A stretch of DNA of 47,642 nt from contig JADFLJ010000001.1 in the NCBI GenBank assembly GCA_022564475.1, forward strand, positions 1-47,642. The letters run 5' to 3'. The position numbers were made by a program, and so were the translations under genes. Each line of letters begins with the position of its first letter. The stretch's first letter is position 1. The stretch is from Pseudomonadota bacterium. GTDB taxonomy: Bacteria > Pseudomonadota > Gammaproteobacteria > Steroidobacterales > Woeseiaceae. This document shows positions 9,674-17,991 of this stretch, piece after piece. The notes under the pieces were generated by a model. That model was not told the origin of the DNA and made no database searches. It saw nothing but the letters and a program-made list of their open reading frames with translations.

Positions 9674-10870
9674 TTATTTGATGGACGCGTAACGTTCCGC
9701 GATGACCTCGATCAGGTCGCGCGCCAATTCAGTTTTGTCTGTCATCGAGAATGCCTGATGACCGTCCGCAGTGTATACGCAGACCGTGTTCTCGTCGTGA
9801 TCAAAACCGCGATCACGACCTACAAGGTTGGCGATGATCATGTCGAGCTTCTTGTTCTCGAGCTTGGCCAGCGCATGCTCGCGCAAGTTCTCGGTTTCAG
9901 CTGCAAAGCCCACCGTAAACGGGCCCGCTTCCAGCGCCGCTACGGATGCAAGAATATCTCTTGATCGCACGAGGTCGATTTGCATCACCTCGTCTTTCTT
10001 CTTGATCTTTTGTTCGGACAAAGCGGCCGGCCTGTAATCTGCAACCGCAGCCGCTGCGATAAATAGATCGACGTCTTCGAGATTGGCGTGCGTCGCCGCA
10101 AACATCTCTTCTGCGGTTTCAATACGATGAACCTCGACGCCTCGAGGAGCATCAAGCGCAACGGGTCCGCTGATCAGAATAGTTTTTGCACCCTGAGCTA
10201 CCGCTGCGCCGGCCATTGCATAGCCCATTTTTCCGGAGCTGCGGTTAGTGATGTAGCGCACAGGATCGATCGGCTCGCGCGTCGGCCCCGCCGTAACGAG
10301 TACGGTCTTGCCGGCCAACAGGCCTTCGCCGGCAACGCCGCGAAAACCGGGCGCCGTGACAATCGCCGCAATTTCCTGCGGCTCGGTCATGCGGCCGGAT
10401 CCGGTTTCGCCACAGGCCTGGGAACCGTGGTCCGGACCGATCACCGCGAAACCCCGATCTGCCAGCGTCGCACGGTTGGCTTGCACAGCCGGGTTGTTCC
10501 ACATCACGTGGTTCATGGCAGGTGCAATTGCGATCGGCGCCTCGGTCGCGAGACACAAAGTCGTCAACAGGTCCGGTGCTGCTCCGCCCGCGAGCCGCGC
10601 CATGATTTCCGCCGTCGCCGGCGCGATCAACACAACGTCGGCCCAGCGTGCGAGCTCGATGTGGCTCATGGACGCCTCGGCTTCCTTGTCCCAGAGGTTC
10701 GATCGGATTGGCTGGCCAGACACAGCCTGCAGCGCCGTCGCCGTCACAAATTCCTCGGCCGAACTCGTCATGACGATCTGCACATCAGCACCCTGCGATT
10801 TCAGCTGGCGCACGAGTTCGGGCGTCTTATACGCCGCAATACCGCCAGTAATGCCTAGAACGATGTTCAT
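9674..10870 (-). CDS. coaBC: Bifunctional phosphopantothenoylcysteine decarboxylase / phosphopantothenate-cysteine ligase
   Basis: The N-terminus is [23 protein letters not shown], and the CoaB half carries [27 protein letters not shown] 10870 is preferred over GTG 10885. Confidence 0.95.
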   Translation of the reverse strand: MNIVLGITGGIAAYKTPELVRQLKSQGADVQIVMTSSAEEFVTATALQAVSGQPIRSNLWDKEAEASMSHIELARWADVVLIAPATAEIMARLAGGAAPDLLTTLCLATEAPIAIAPAMNHVMWNNPAVQANRATLADRGFAVIGPDHGSQACGETGSGRMTEPQEIAAIVTAPGFRGVAGEGLLAGKTVLVTAGPTREPIDPVRYITNRSSGKMGYAMAGAAVAQGAKTILISGPVALDAPRGVEVHRIETAEEMFAATHANLEDVDLFIAAAAVADYRPAALSEQKIKKKDEVMQIDLVRSRDILASVAALEAGPFTVGFAAETENLREHALAKLENKKLDMIIANLVGRDRGFDHDENTVCVYTADGHQAFSMTDKTELARDLIEVIAERYASIK

Positions 10871-10880
10871 GGGTGAATTT

Positions 10881-10929
10881 TCCACTGAATCGGGTCATCG
10901 CGTCCAGATTTATTGCTTGTGTCGATAGA
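10881..10929. repeat. Left copy of a 49-bp direct repeat bracketing the hipBST islet
   Basis: 45 of 49 positions match 13022-13070. The two copies share a perfect 29-bp core, CGTCCAGATTTATTGCTTGTGTCGATAGA (10901-10929). Confidence 0.85.
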
Positions 10930-10983
10930 AGGGTCTGGCGGACTATAGCCAGAGAGGTGGTCAATTTGCGCTGTTCTCCGAAC

Positions 10984-11964
10984 CTAAACGCCAATTGATA
11001 GTGTACGCAGCCGGTCAACGATGATTTCGCCTGCGTGTACTTTCTGTTCGTCACGCATATAGCTATGGTGAATCATGTCTATCAGTTGAGGTAACTTACG
11101 TTCGATGTTCTTGACGAAGGATTGAATTGGTTTGGCCGGTATGCCGAGTTTACCAGCGAGCTCAACAAAATCGTGGCCAGTGTAATAACCATGGTGTTCG
11201 TATTGAGCGCTGAAGCCGTTGTCGAGTAAGTCCAGGGCGAGGAAGCCCACCTCGTTTTGGTTTTCGAACGCGCCTGCAAAGAGACAATCGTAGTTTGGCG
11301 TGAGCTGATCGTAGAGGGCGGTTGTATTATTAGGAAACTTCTGCAGGCTGGTGTTCTTAAGGTGCATGTCGTCGTTACCAACGAGATAAGCGTGCATGAT
11401 GCGGTGAATGTATTCCAGGACGACCGTCTGTTTGCCGCCGGTCATTGCGTTAATCAGTGCACCGGCGGCTTCATAGCTTTTGTCGTATTTCCTGTCACTG
11501 GGCATGTCGAACCCTTGCACCAGACCTTCCTGATGGATTTTTTTTACGTTGTCCGGCCGATCAAATCGTCGAGTGATGTAAGCAAGCTCATCGTCGGCAA
11601 AGCTGATGAGTCCACAGTCAGCGGTACGAATCCCGAGGATGTGACCCGTTAACATTGCAGTGTGTTCGTTTTCCGCAGCATTGGGAAACTCTTCCGGGCT
11701 TGGTTTTAATATGTACTGTCCATTCGTGGTGACCGGTTCCAGTTGATGGCTTTTGGTGATTCCCAGCGACAGTTTCTGTTGCACACCGGATATTGACAGG
11801 CCGGTCGTGTAACGGACGCTTGCTTGCTTAAATGCTGGGCGTGAGAGTTCGAGTACTGGGTTTACCTTCAGACTACCGAACAATGACTTGAACGCCGCGT
11901 CCTGATAGTCGCGGTATTTCGAGGCTTTCGGTACTGTCTTTAAGCTAATCTTGCAATAGGTCAT
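10984..11964 (-). CDS. hipT: HipT-like Ser/Thr kinase toxin (C-terminal part of a split HipA)
   Basis: The internal ATG 11962-11964 of ORF 10984..12063 gives MTYCKISLKTVPKASKYRDYQDAAFKSLFGSLKVNPVLELSRPAFKQ, which resembles the HipT N-terminal minidomain. The Gly-rich loop GLSISGVQQKL carries the SIS serines. Catalytic motifs GNDDMHLKNTS and LTPNYD are present. Confidence 0.85.
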   Translation of the reverse strand: MTYCKISLKTVPKASKYRDYQDAAFKSLFGSLKVNPVLELSRPAFKQASVRYTTGLSISGVQQKLSLGITKSHQLEPVTTNGQYILKPSPEEFPNAAENEHTAMLTGHILGIRTADCGLISFADDELAYITRRFDRPDNVKKIHQEGLVQGFDMPSDRKYDKSYEAAGALINAMTGGKQTVVLEYIHRIMHAYLVGNDDMHLKNTSLQKFPNNTTALYDQLTPNYDCLFAGAFENQNEVGFLALDLLDNGFSAQYEHHGYYTGHDFVELAGKLGIPAKPIQSFVKNIERKLPQLIDMIHHSYMRDEQKVHAGEIIVDRLRTLSIGV

Positions 11965-12295
11965 AGCTTTTGTCTGTTTCGGTGATAGCGGGGTCGATGC
12001 GTACGGCGCCGATGAGGTCTCGTCCATTGGCCAGCAACAATCCGAATCGATCGTTTTCATCAATTTTTTGCTGCTGTGACTGCAATCGTCTTAACCAGCC
12101 CTCGGAGACGAGGTTTTCGAAGAAGGGAAACAGATGTGCGCTCACAAAGGCGTCTTCTTGTAGCGGTAAATTGAAGCTCAATGGTGTTCCACCGGCGAGA
12201 TAGTCGGCATGGTAAGTGAACTTATACTCGTCTTCGATCTGCGTTAGCGATCCTGCGAGTCGATTCTCGAAATAGACGTTCGCTATCCGATCCAT
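11945..12295 (-). CDS. hipS: HipS-like protein (stand-alone HipA N-terminal subdomain)
   Basis: This is a 116-aa ORF: MDRIANVYFENRLAGSLTQIEDEYKFTYHADYL...PLSFNLPLQ...FPFFENLVSEGWLRR...LLANGRDLIGAVRI. That is the HipA N-terminal (Couple_hipA-type) pattern. It overlaps hipT by 20 nt and hipB by 13 nt. Confidence 0.8.
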   Translation of the reverse strand: MDRIANVYFENRLAGSLTQIEDEYKFTYHADYLAGGTPLSFNLPLQEDAFVSAHLFPFFENLVSEGWLRRLQSQQQKIDENDRFGLLLANGRDLIGAVRIDPAITETDKSYDLLQD

Positions 12296-12579
12296 AGTTT
12301 CAGCCCTAAGGCGTTGAGTACCTTTTGCAATTTACCCAGGCGTACTGACCGGTGGCCGTGTTCGATCTTACTCAGTGTGGAATAGGCAACACCGGACAGA
12401 TCACACAGATCTTGAAGCGATTGCCCCTGTTTTTTTCTGTGTTCACGAACGAGGCGGCCAGCCGCCTCTGCCGGTTCTAGTTGGGAGATTTGGCCGGACA
12501 GGCTTGCCTGTCGGCGGGCATCCAGGTACTCACCGCGAATTTCAGCGAGCAGGTCATCAAAATGTGTGGCAGAAACCAT
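12283..12579 (-). CDS. hipB: XRE-family HTH protein (HipB-like)
   Basis: This is a 98-aa ORF with the HTH QSLQDLCDLSGVAYSTLSKIEHGHRS...LQKVLNALGLKL. It is the first gene of the three-gene set. Confidence 0.8.
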   Translation of the reverse strand: MVSATHFDDLLAEIRGEYLDARRQASLSGQISQLEPAEAAGRLVREHRKKQGQSLQDLCDLSGVAYSTLSKIEHGHRSVRLGKLQKVLNALGLKLWIG

Positions 12580-12592
12580 TATTAAACCATAG

Positions 12593-12604
12593 TATTCTAG
12601 AATA
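12593..12604. promoter_or_regulatory. Perfect 12-bp palindrome TATTCTAGAATA between the predicted hipB promoter and the hipB start; candidate operator
   Basis: The palindrome was read directly and lies 14-25 nt upstream of the hipB ATG. Calling it an operator is inference. Confidence 0.3.
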
Positions 12605-12614
12605 ATAGAGTGAA

Positions 12615-12641
12615 ATTATATGGAAAAGGCGTGATAGTCAA
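12615..12641 (-). promoter_or_regulatory. Candidate sigma70 promoter of hipBST (TTGACT-N15-TATAAT on the minus strand)
   Basis: The reverse complement reads GTTGACTatcacgccttttccaTATAAT. The -10 is perfect and the -35 is near-perfect. The spacer is only 15 nt (16 nt if GTTGAC is taken as the -35). Confidence 0.45.
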
Positions 12642-13021
12642 CGAAAACCGTCAAATAATGGCGTAAATAGTCGAATAAATACGATATTATATGTTAAAGA
12701 ATATATTATAGTCGGCAAATAGGCACAAGTAAGGGCGAGTAGAGTGTAAGTTTGTTGGTTGGCCTACCGACTGGGTGTGTCGAAATTATCTGGTCAGATC
12801 GACACAAATCTCATCACGTCAATTCCGAATATGGGTGTAATCTCACCCATGTGGGACTTTGAAAGAATTTGAATTCGCGCAGATTTACGCGAACCGGTCG
12901 CTAAACTATTGGCTCAATAGTCCTCTTGACCGAGTGCTATTAGTAACCAGGCAGTATGTGCTCGTTGTGAATCTATCGCGCCTGAATCCAGGGCCTCACT
13001 AACAAAGTTACGCGCCCAGTG

Positions 13022-13070
13022 TCCACTGAATCAGGCCATGCCGTCCAGATTTATTGCTTGTGTCGATAGA
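13022..13070. repeat. Right copy of the 49-bp direct repeat bracketing the hipBST islet
   Basis: 45 of 49 positions match 10881-10929, with the perfect core at 13042-13070. It lies just upstream of radC. Confidence 0.85.
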
Positions 13071-13120
13071 GAGACTTGGCGACTCTGCATCTCCGACGAT
13101 GCCATCGACAAGGAGTGTTA

Positions 13121-13756
13121 ATGGACCCGGATGACACCACACATGAGTCCATGAGCGATGCGGAGCTACTTGCCAGGTTGATGGTTGGCGGTGCCGACAC
13201 AAAATCAGCCACGGACCTGATGCAACGACTCCTGCGCCGATTCGGCGGGCTGCGCGCGCTTTTAGATGCCGAGATGAATTCGATTACAGCGGAGAAAGGC
13301 ATTGGCGCTGTGCGCGCCGGGGCGATTCTCGCCCTCCCGGAGATTGCCCGCCGCTACTTTGCGGCGAGCTTGCCTGTTGGCGAGGTCATCCGCAGCCCGA
13401 CCGATACCGAGACATTTTTGCAGGCAAAACTGCGCCACCTGGAGCACGAGTTGTTCTGCTGCCTGTATCTCGACAATCGCCACCGCGTGCTGCGTTTCGA
13501 CGAGATGTTTCGCGGCACCATCGACGGCACCAGCGTCTATCCCAGGGAGGTGGTCAAGGAGGCTCTCAAGATCAACGCGGCCGCGGTCATTCTGGCGCAC
13601 AATCATCCAAGTGGCGTGGCAGAACCCAGCCAGGCCGATGAACGCATCACCCGGCGGCTGAAAGCCGCCCTCGAACTGGTCGATATTCGGCTGCTGGACC
13701 ACCTGATTATTGGCGACGGACGTGCCACCTCGCTGGCCGCCCGAGGGCTTATCTGA
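13121..13756 (+). CDS. radC: RadC-family JAB/MPN domain protein
   Basis: Motifs ELLARLMVGG, GIGAVRAGAILALPEIARR and the JAMM motif LAHNHPSGVAEPSQAD are present. ATG 13121 is preferred over the upstream 13076 start. Confidence 0.9.
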   Translation: MDPDDTTHESMSDAELLARLMVGGADTKSATDLMQRLLRRFGGLRALLDAEMNSITAEKGIGAVRAGAILALPEIARRYFAASLPVGEVIRSPTDTETFLQAKLRHLEHELFCCLYLDNRHRVLRFDEMFRGTIDGTSVYPREVVKEALKINAAAVILAHNHPSGVAEPSQADERITRRLKAALELVDIRLLDHLIIGDGRATSLAARGLI

Positions 13757-13876
13757 CGCCCAAGCCCAATGACGGTCACAGGGTGCTTGTAATAAGGGGT
13801 TCAGGCTGGTATAAAGTGCCGCTCTTAAGCCCACTACTCGTGGGCAACCTTTAATAAAATCAGAGACTTAAAGCAG

Positions 13877-14113
13877 ATGTCCAAGGTTTGCCAGGTTACC
13901 GGGAAGCGGCCGCAAAGCGGTAACAACGTTTCTCACGCCAACAACAGAACTCGCCGTCGTTTTCTGCCGAACTTGCAGAACAAACGCTTTTGGCTGGAAT
14001 CCGAGAAACGCTGGGTGCGCCTGCGTATTTCTACCAAGGGTATGCGCATCATCGACAAGCATGGCATCGACAAAGTCCTTGCCGACCTGCGTGAGCAGGG
14101 TACGCGCGTTTAG
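13877..14113 (+). CDS. rpmB: 50S ribosomal protein L28
   Basis: The translation begins [34 protein letters not shown]. Confidence 0.97.
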   Translation: MSKVCQVTGKRPQSGNNVSHANNRTRRRFLPNLQNKRFWLESEKRWVRLRISTKGMRIIDKHGIDKVLADLREQGTRV

Positions 14114-14128
14114 CAGGAGGATTAACTA

Positions 14129-14296
14129 ATGGCCAAAGCATCCCGGGAAATAATTCGCCTCGTATCGAGCGCCGGAACGGGTCACTACTACACGACCACG
14201 AAGAACAAGCGTCTGCATCCGGAAAAGATGGAGACCAGGAAGTACGACCCGACGATACGCAAACACGTCGCGTACAAGGAAGCCAAGATAAGATAA
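14129..14296 (+). CDS. rpmG: 50S ribosomal protein L33
   Basis: It is below the ORF-track length cut-off. My own translation is [61 protein letters not shown] lies upstream. Confidence 0.95.
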   Translation: MAKASREIIRLVSSAGTGHYYTTTKNKRLHPEKMETRKYDPTIRKHVAYKEAKIR

Positions 14297-14314
14297 GGCC
14301 CTTGAAAAAAGGCT

Positions 14315-15127
14315 GTGCCTGAGCTACCTGAAGTCGAAACCGCCCGCCGTGGCATCGCGCCACACATCGAGGGTGAAAAAATAACAGCGGTTGTCATCCG
14401 CAACCGAAAACTCCGCTGGCCCATCAGTCTCGACGTGGACCGGCAACTGCCCGGCGCAACCGTCACCACCGTCGCACGACGCGCGAAATACCTTTTAATC
14501 AATACAACGAATGGCACGGCGATCATGCATCTCGGTATGTCCGGGCATGTGCACATTGTCGACCTGGGTACGCCCGCCGGCGTACACGATCATGTCGATA
14601 TCGAATTCGGCTGTGGCAAGGCCCTGCGTCTCACGGACCCACGGCGCTTTGGCTCGCTGCACTGGTCCGACAACCCGCACGAACATGCGCTGCTCAAGGA
14701 TCTCGGCCCCGAGCCGCTGAGCGATCAGTTCAATGGCCAATACCTGTGGTCACGATCACGCGGTCGCCGTGTCGCGATCAAACAATTCATCATGAATGCT
14801 CACATCGTTGTTGGCGTTGGCAATATTTACGCCAGCGAGTCCTTGTTTATCGCCGGCATTCATCCGCAGCGCGCAGCGAAGCGAATCGCCTTGTACCGCT
14901 ATGAAAGACTGGCCATGACGATCAAGGACGTCCTTGAAAGCGCCATCAGGGCAGGCGGCACAACCTTAAGGGACTTTTATGGCGGCGACGGCGAAGCCGG
15001 TTATTTCCAGCAAGAACTGCAAGCCTACGGTCGAGAGGGAGAACATTGCCGACGCTGCAACAGCCTGATCACCGCAATCGTTCAGGGCCAGCGCTCAACT
15101 TACTATTGCAAGGTCTGCCAAACATAG
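14315..15127 (+). CDS. mutM: Formamidopyrimidine-DNA glycosylase
   Basis: The N-terminus is MPELPEVETARRGI and the C-terminal zinc finger is CRRCNSLI...YYCKVCQ. Confidence 0.95.
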   Translation: MPELPEVETARRGIAPHIEGEKITAVVIRNRKLRWPISLDVDRQLPGATVTTVARRAKYLLINTTNGTAIMHLGMSGHVHIVDLGTPAGVHDHVDIEFGCGKALRLTDPRRFGSLHWSDNPHEHALLKDLGPEPLSDQFNGQYLWSRSRGRRVAIKQFIMNAHIVVGVGNIYASESLFIAGIHPQRAAKRIALYRYERLAMTIKDVLESAIRAGGTTLRDFYGGDGEAGYFQQELQAYGREGEHCRRCNSLITAIVQGQRSTYYCKVCQT

Positions 15128-15155
15128 ACGGCCCTGACGCAGAGCAACCCCACCG

Positions 15156-15644
15156 TCAGGACCGTCCAACCTTGGCGAGCAACGCCTCTTTAACGGTTGA
15201 CGACACAAACTCCGTGATGTCACCGCCGAGCGTCGCAATTTCCCGCACCAGCGTTGAAGAGATAAACGTGAACCGATCGGTCGGCGTCAGAAACACCGTC
15301 TCGACATCTTCAGTCAGGTGACGATTCATTGTTGCGAGCTGAAACTCGTATTCGAAATCCGCCACGGCGCGCAGTCCACGTATGATTACCGACAGCTCAT
15401 TTGCCTGCGCGAAATCAACGGTGAGCCCGCCGTAACGCCTTACTTCAACGTTGTCGAGGCCCTTCAATGCCGTGCGCGCGAGTTCGACTCGCTCATCTAT
15501 CGAAAACATCGTTACTTTCGAGCCAGGGTCGGCCGCGATTGCCACGACGACACGCTCGAAGATTCCTGCCGCGCGTCGCACGAGGTCCTCGTGGCCAAGC
15601 GTGATCGGGTCAAAGGTTCCCGGGTACATTGCTGCAACTGGCAT
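15156..15644 (-). CDS. coaD: Phosphopantetheine adenylyltransferase
   Basis: Motifs YPGTFDPITLGHEDLVRRA and ISSTLVREI are present. Confidence 0.95.
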   Translation of the reverse strand: MPVAAMYPGTFDPITLGHEDLVRRAAGIFERVVVAIAADPGSKVTMFSIDERVELARTALKGLDNVEVRRYGGLTVDFAQANELSVIIRGLRAVADFEYEFQLATMNRHLTEDVETVFLTPTDRFTFISSTLVREIATLGGDITEFVSSTVKEALLAKVGRS

Positions 15645-15662
15645 AGTCTTTTCTCCGCATTA

Positions 15663-16262
15663 TTATCTGGGTCCGACTGCCGCAAGCGTGTAACGCACGT
15701 TGCCGGCCACTTTGCTCTTCAGTACGGTCCATCCATCGGGTAAATCGGGTTCAGGCCTCGCCCGATCCTGCTCAAGGTACACGTTCGCGTTAGTCGTGAC
15801 TAATTCAGACTCGTCGATAAGTCTACACAATTCAGCAAGATTATCGTCAGCGAATGGCGGGTCGAGAAATACGATATCGAAACTCTCTGCCCCTGCGGCA
15901 GCAATATATTCCGTAGCGGACCCGGCATGAATGACCGCGCCACTCGCATCAAGAGATGCCAGGTTGCGTCGCAGTGTCGCGATGGCGACTTTTGAATTCT
16001 CGACGAATACTGCTGCGGCAGCGCCGCGCGACAATGCTTCGAGACCCAACGCACCGGTCCCGGCGAACAGATCCAGGCATCGGGCGCCCGCCATTCTCGG
16101 CGTGAGCCAGTTGAACAGCGTCTCTCGTATTCGTTCCGACGTCGGCCTTAATCCTTCGACGTCGGCAATTTCCAGCACACGACTGCGCCAGATTCCCGCT
16201 ACAATACGCAGCCTTCCTCGAGACTTCTGCGTGCCTTTGCCGGGATCAATTGCCACGGGCAC
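15663..16262 (-). CDS. rsmD: 16S rRNA (guanine966-N2)-methyltransferase
   Basis: Motifs LRIVAGIWRSRVL, LDLFAGTGALGLEALSRGA and FLDPPF are present. It lies 18 nt upstream of coaD on the same strand. Confidence 0.9.
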   Translation of the reverse strand: MPVAIDPGKGTQKSRGRLRIVAGIWRSRVLEIADVEGLRPTSERIRETLFNWLTPRMAGARCLDLFAGTGALGLEALSRGAAAAVFVENSKVAIATLRRNLASLDASGAVIHAGSATEYIAAAGAESFDIVFLDPPFADDNLAELCRLIDESELVTTNANVYLEQDRARPEPDLPDGWTVLKSKVAGNVRYTLAAVGPR

Positions 16263-16283
16263 ACACTACAGGTAAGCACAAGA

Positions 16284-17255
16284 ATGTTCGCAAAAAAGAA
16301 TACGGCAACCGCAAACGGCGAACAGAGCGACGGCTTTTTCAAACGACTGCGTGCGCGCATCAATCGCGGCGGCAGCTGGCTCACCTACGATCTCGCGAAC
16401 CTGGCGCCGGGTGGAAAAATTGATGAAGACACGCTCGACGAACTCGAGTCGCTACTCGTAATGGCAGACGTCGGAATCGATACGACCGAGCTGATCATCT
16501 CAGACCTCAAGAACTCACTCGCACGTAAGGAGCTTGGCGACATTGAGGCATTGAAAGCCGGCCTGCGCCAATCAATCCTGAACATTCTGGACCCCGTTGC
16601 CAAAGCGCTGCAGATACCGCAGCAATCGCAACCCTATGTAATTCTAATGGTCGGCGTAAACGGTGCCGGCAAGACGACCACGATCGGCAAGCTTGCGCGT
16701 CGATTTCAGGATCAGGGCCTGTCGGTAATGTTGGCAGCCGGCGATACGTTTCGGGCGGCCGCAGTCGAACAGCTGCAAGCCTGGGGGAAACGCAACGAGG
16801 TACCGGTTATCGCCCAACAAAGCGGTGCCGATCCCGCGGCTGTTATTTTCGACGCATGGGAAGCGGCAACTGCCCGCAACATCGATGTGTTGCTTGCAGA
16901 CACTGCCGGTCGCTTACAGAACCAGCAGGGACTCATGGATGAACTCGCCAAGATCAAGCGCGTTATCGCGCAGCGGGACGAGGATGCCCCGCACGAGATC
17001 ATGCTTGTACTGGATGCCAGTCAGGGCCAAAACGCTCTCGTGCAGGCCGAAAAATTCCACGCGGCGATTGGTCTCACGGGAATCACCGTGACGAAGTTGG
17101 ATGGCAGTGCAAAGGGTGGCATCCTGCTTGCCATTGCAAATCAACTTGCGGTGCCGGTGCGATTCATCGGCATCGGAGAATCCGCCGAGGACCTGCAAAG
17201 TTTTTCGGCCGAAGAATTTACAGATGCCCTGCTGGGCATGGGCGAGCAATCGTGA
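16284..17255 (+). CDS. ftsY: Signal recognition particle receptor FtsY (short N-terminal region)
   Basis: Motifs MVGVNGAGKTTTIGKLA, DTAGRLQN and TKLDGSAKGG are present. Confidence 0.95.
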   Translation: MFAKKNTATANGEQSDGFFKRLRARINRGGSWLTYDLANLAPGGKIDEDTLDELESLLVMADVGIDTTELIISDLKNSLARKELGDIEALKAGLRQSILNILDPVAKALQIPQQSQPYVILMVGVNGAGKTTTIGKLARRFQDQGLSVMLAAGDTFRAAAVEQLQAWGKRNEVPVIAQQSGADPAAVIFDAWEAATARNIDVLLADTAGRLQNQQGLMDELAKIKRVIAQRDEDAPHEIMLVLDASQGQNALVQAEKFHAAIGLTGITVTKLDGSAKGGILLAIANQLAVPVRFIGIGESAEDLQSFSAEEFTDALLGMGEQS

Positions 17256-17268
17256 GGCGCCACAAGCG

Positions 17269-17991
17269 ATGATTCATCTGGAGAATGTAACGAAGCGTTT
17301 TCCGGGCGGCCAGGAGGCCCTGTCCGGTCTCGACCTGACGGTCGACAAGGGCGAGATGGTTTTTGTAACAGGCCACTCGGGTGCCGGAAAAAGTACGCTG
17401 CTGCGATTGATCGCATTAATCGAGCGTCCGAGCAGCGGGCAGGTCATCGTTGACGGACAAAACCTGCGCGGCGTCCGCCGGCGCAAAATACCGATGTACC
17501 GGCGGCAGATCGGCATGGTCTTCCAGGATCACAAGTTGCTCTACGATCGTTCGGTTGCGGACAATGTTGCCTTACCGTTGATTATTGCGGGCGCCAGTCC
17601 GCGCGAAGCGGCCCGTCGTGTGCGCGCGTCGTTGGAGCAAGTGGGATTGTTGCACAAGGAAAAGCGAAATCCCGAAACGCTGTCCGCGGGTGAACAACAA
17701 CGTGTTGGTATTGCTCGCGCAATCGCCAGTCGTCCGAAATTGCTGCTTGCTGACGAGCCAACGGGCAATCTCGATCCCGACCTGTCACTCGAAGTGATGC
17801 GTGTGTTTCGCCGCTTTAACGAATTCGGTGTCACCGTGTTGATCGCCAGTCACGATATTGCCTTGATTGACCGACTCGGCTGCCGCCGTATCGAGCTGGA
17901 AAACGGTCGACTCAAACAACTCCAGGATGATGACGAGAGTATTGATGATGAGCCGTTCCTCCCCCAGGGAGAACATGACCGATGGCAGTAA
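17269..17991 (+). CDS. ftsE: Cell division ATP-binding protein FtsE
   Basis: The internal ATG 17269 of ORF 17101..17991 gives [14 protein letters not shown]. Walker A (GHSGAGKST), the signature [14 protein letters not shown] and [12 protein letters not shown] are present. Confidence 0.95.
   Translation: MIHLENVTKRFPGGQEALSGLDLTVDKGEMVFVTGHSGAGKSTLLRLIALIERPSSGQVIVDGQNLRGVRRRKIPMYRRQIGMVFQDHKLLYDRSVADNVALPLIIAGASPREAARRVRASLEQVGLLHKEKRNPETLSAGEQQRVGIARAIASRPKLLLADEPTGNLDPDLSLEVMRVFRRFNEFGVTVLIASHDIALIDRLGCRRIELENGRLKQLQDDDESIDDEPFLPQGEHDRWQ

Noticed and set aside
10088-10928. Long plus-strand ORFs (10088..10858 and 10308..10928).
   Set aside because: They are antisense shadows of coaBC. The translations are Arg-rich with no recognisable motifs.
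11945-11964. The possibility that hipS and hipT are a frameshifted full-length hipA pseudogene.
   Set aside because: I kept it as a caveat rather than a call. The downstream ORF has its own ATG and a HipT-type N-terminal minidomain that ordinary HipA lacks. The 20-nt overlap is a normal coupled-gene arrangement. Only re-sequencing can fully exclude a frameshift.
13262-13834. A 190-aa minus-strand ORF.
   Set aside because: It is antisense to radC, whose JAMM motif identifies the true frame.
17101-17268. N-terminal extensions offered by the ORF track for ftsE (17101). The same issue applies to gcdH (21132), the VOC gene (38492), hipT (12063) and the sortase target (28205).
   Set aside because: The extensions overlap the preceding well-supported genes and translate to non-homologous, Arg/Cys-rich sequence. 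Internal starts with RBS or homology support were used instead.
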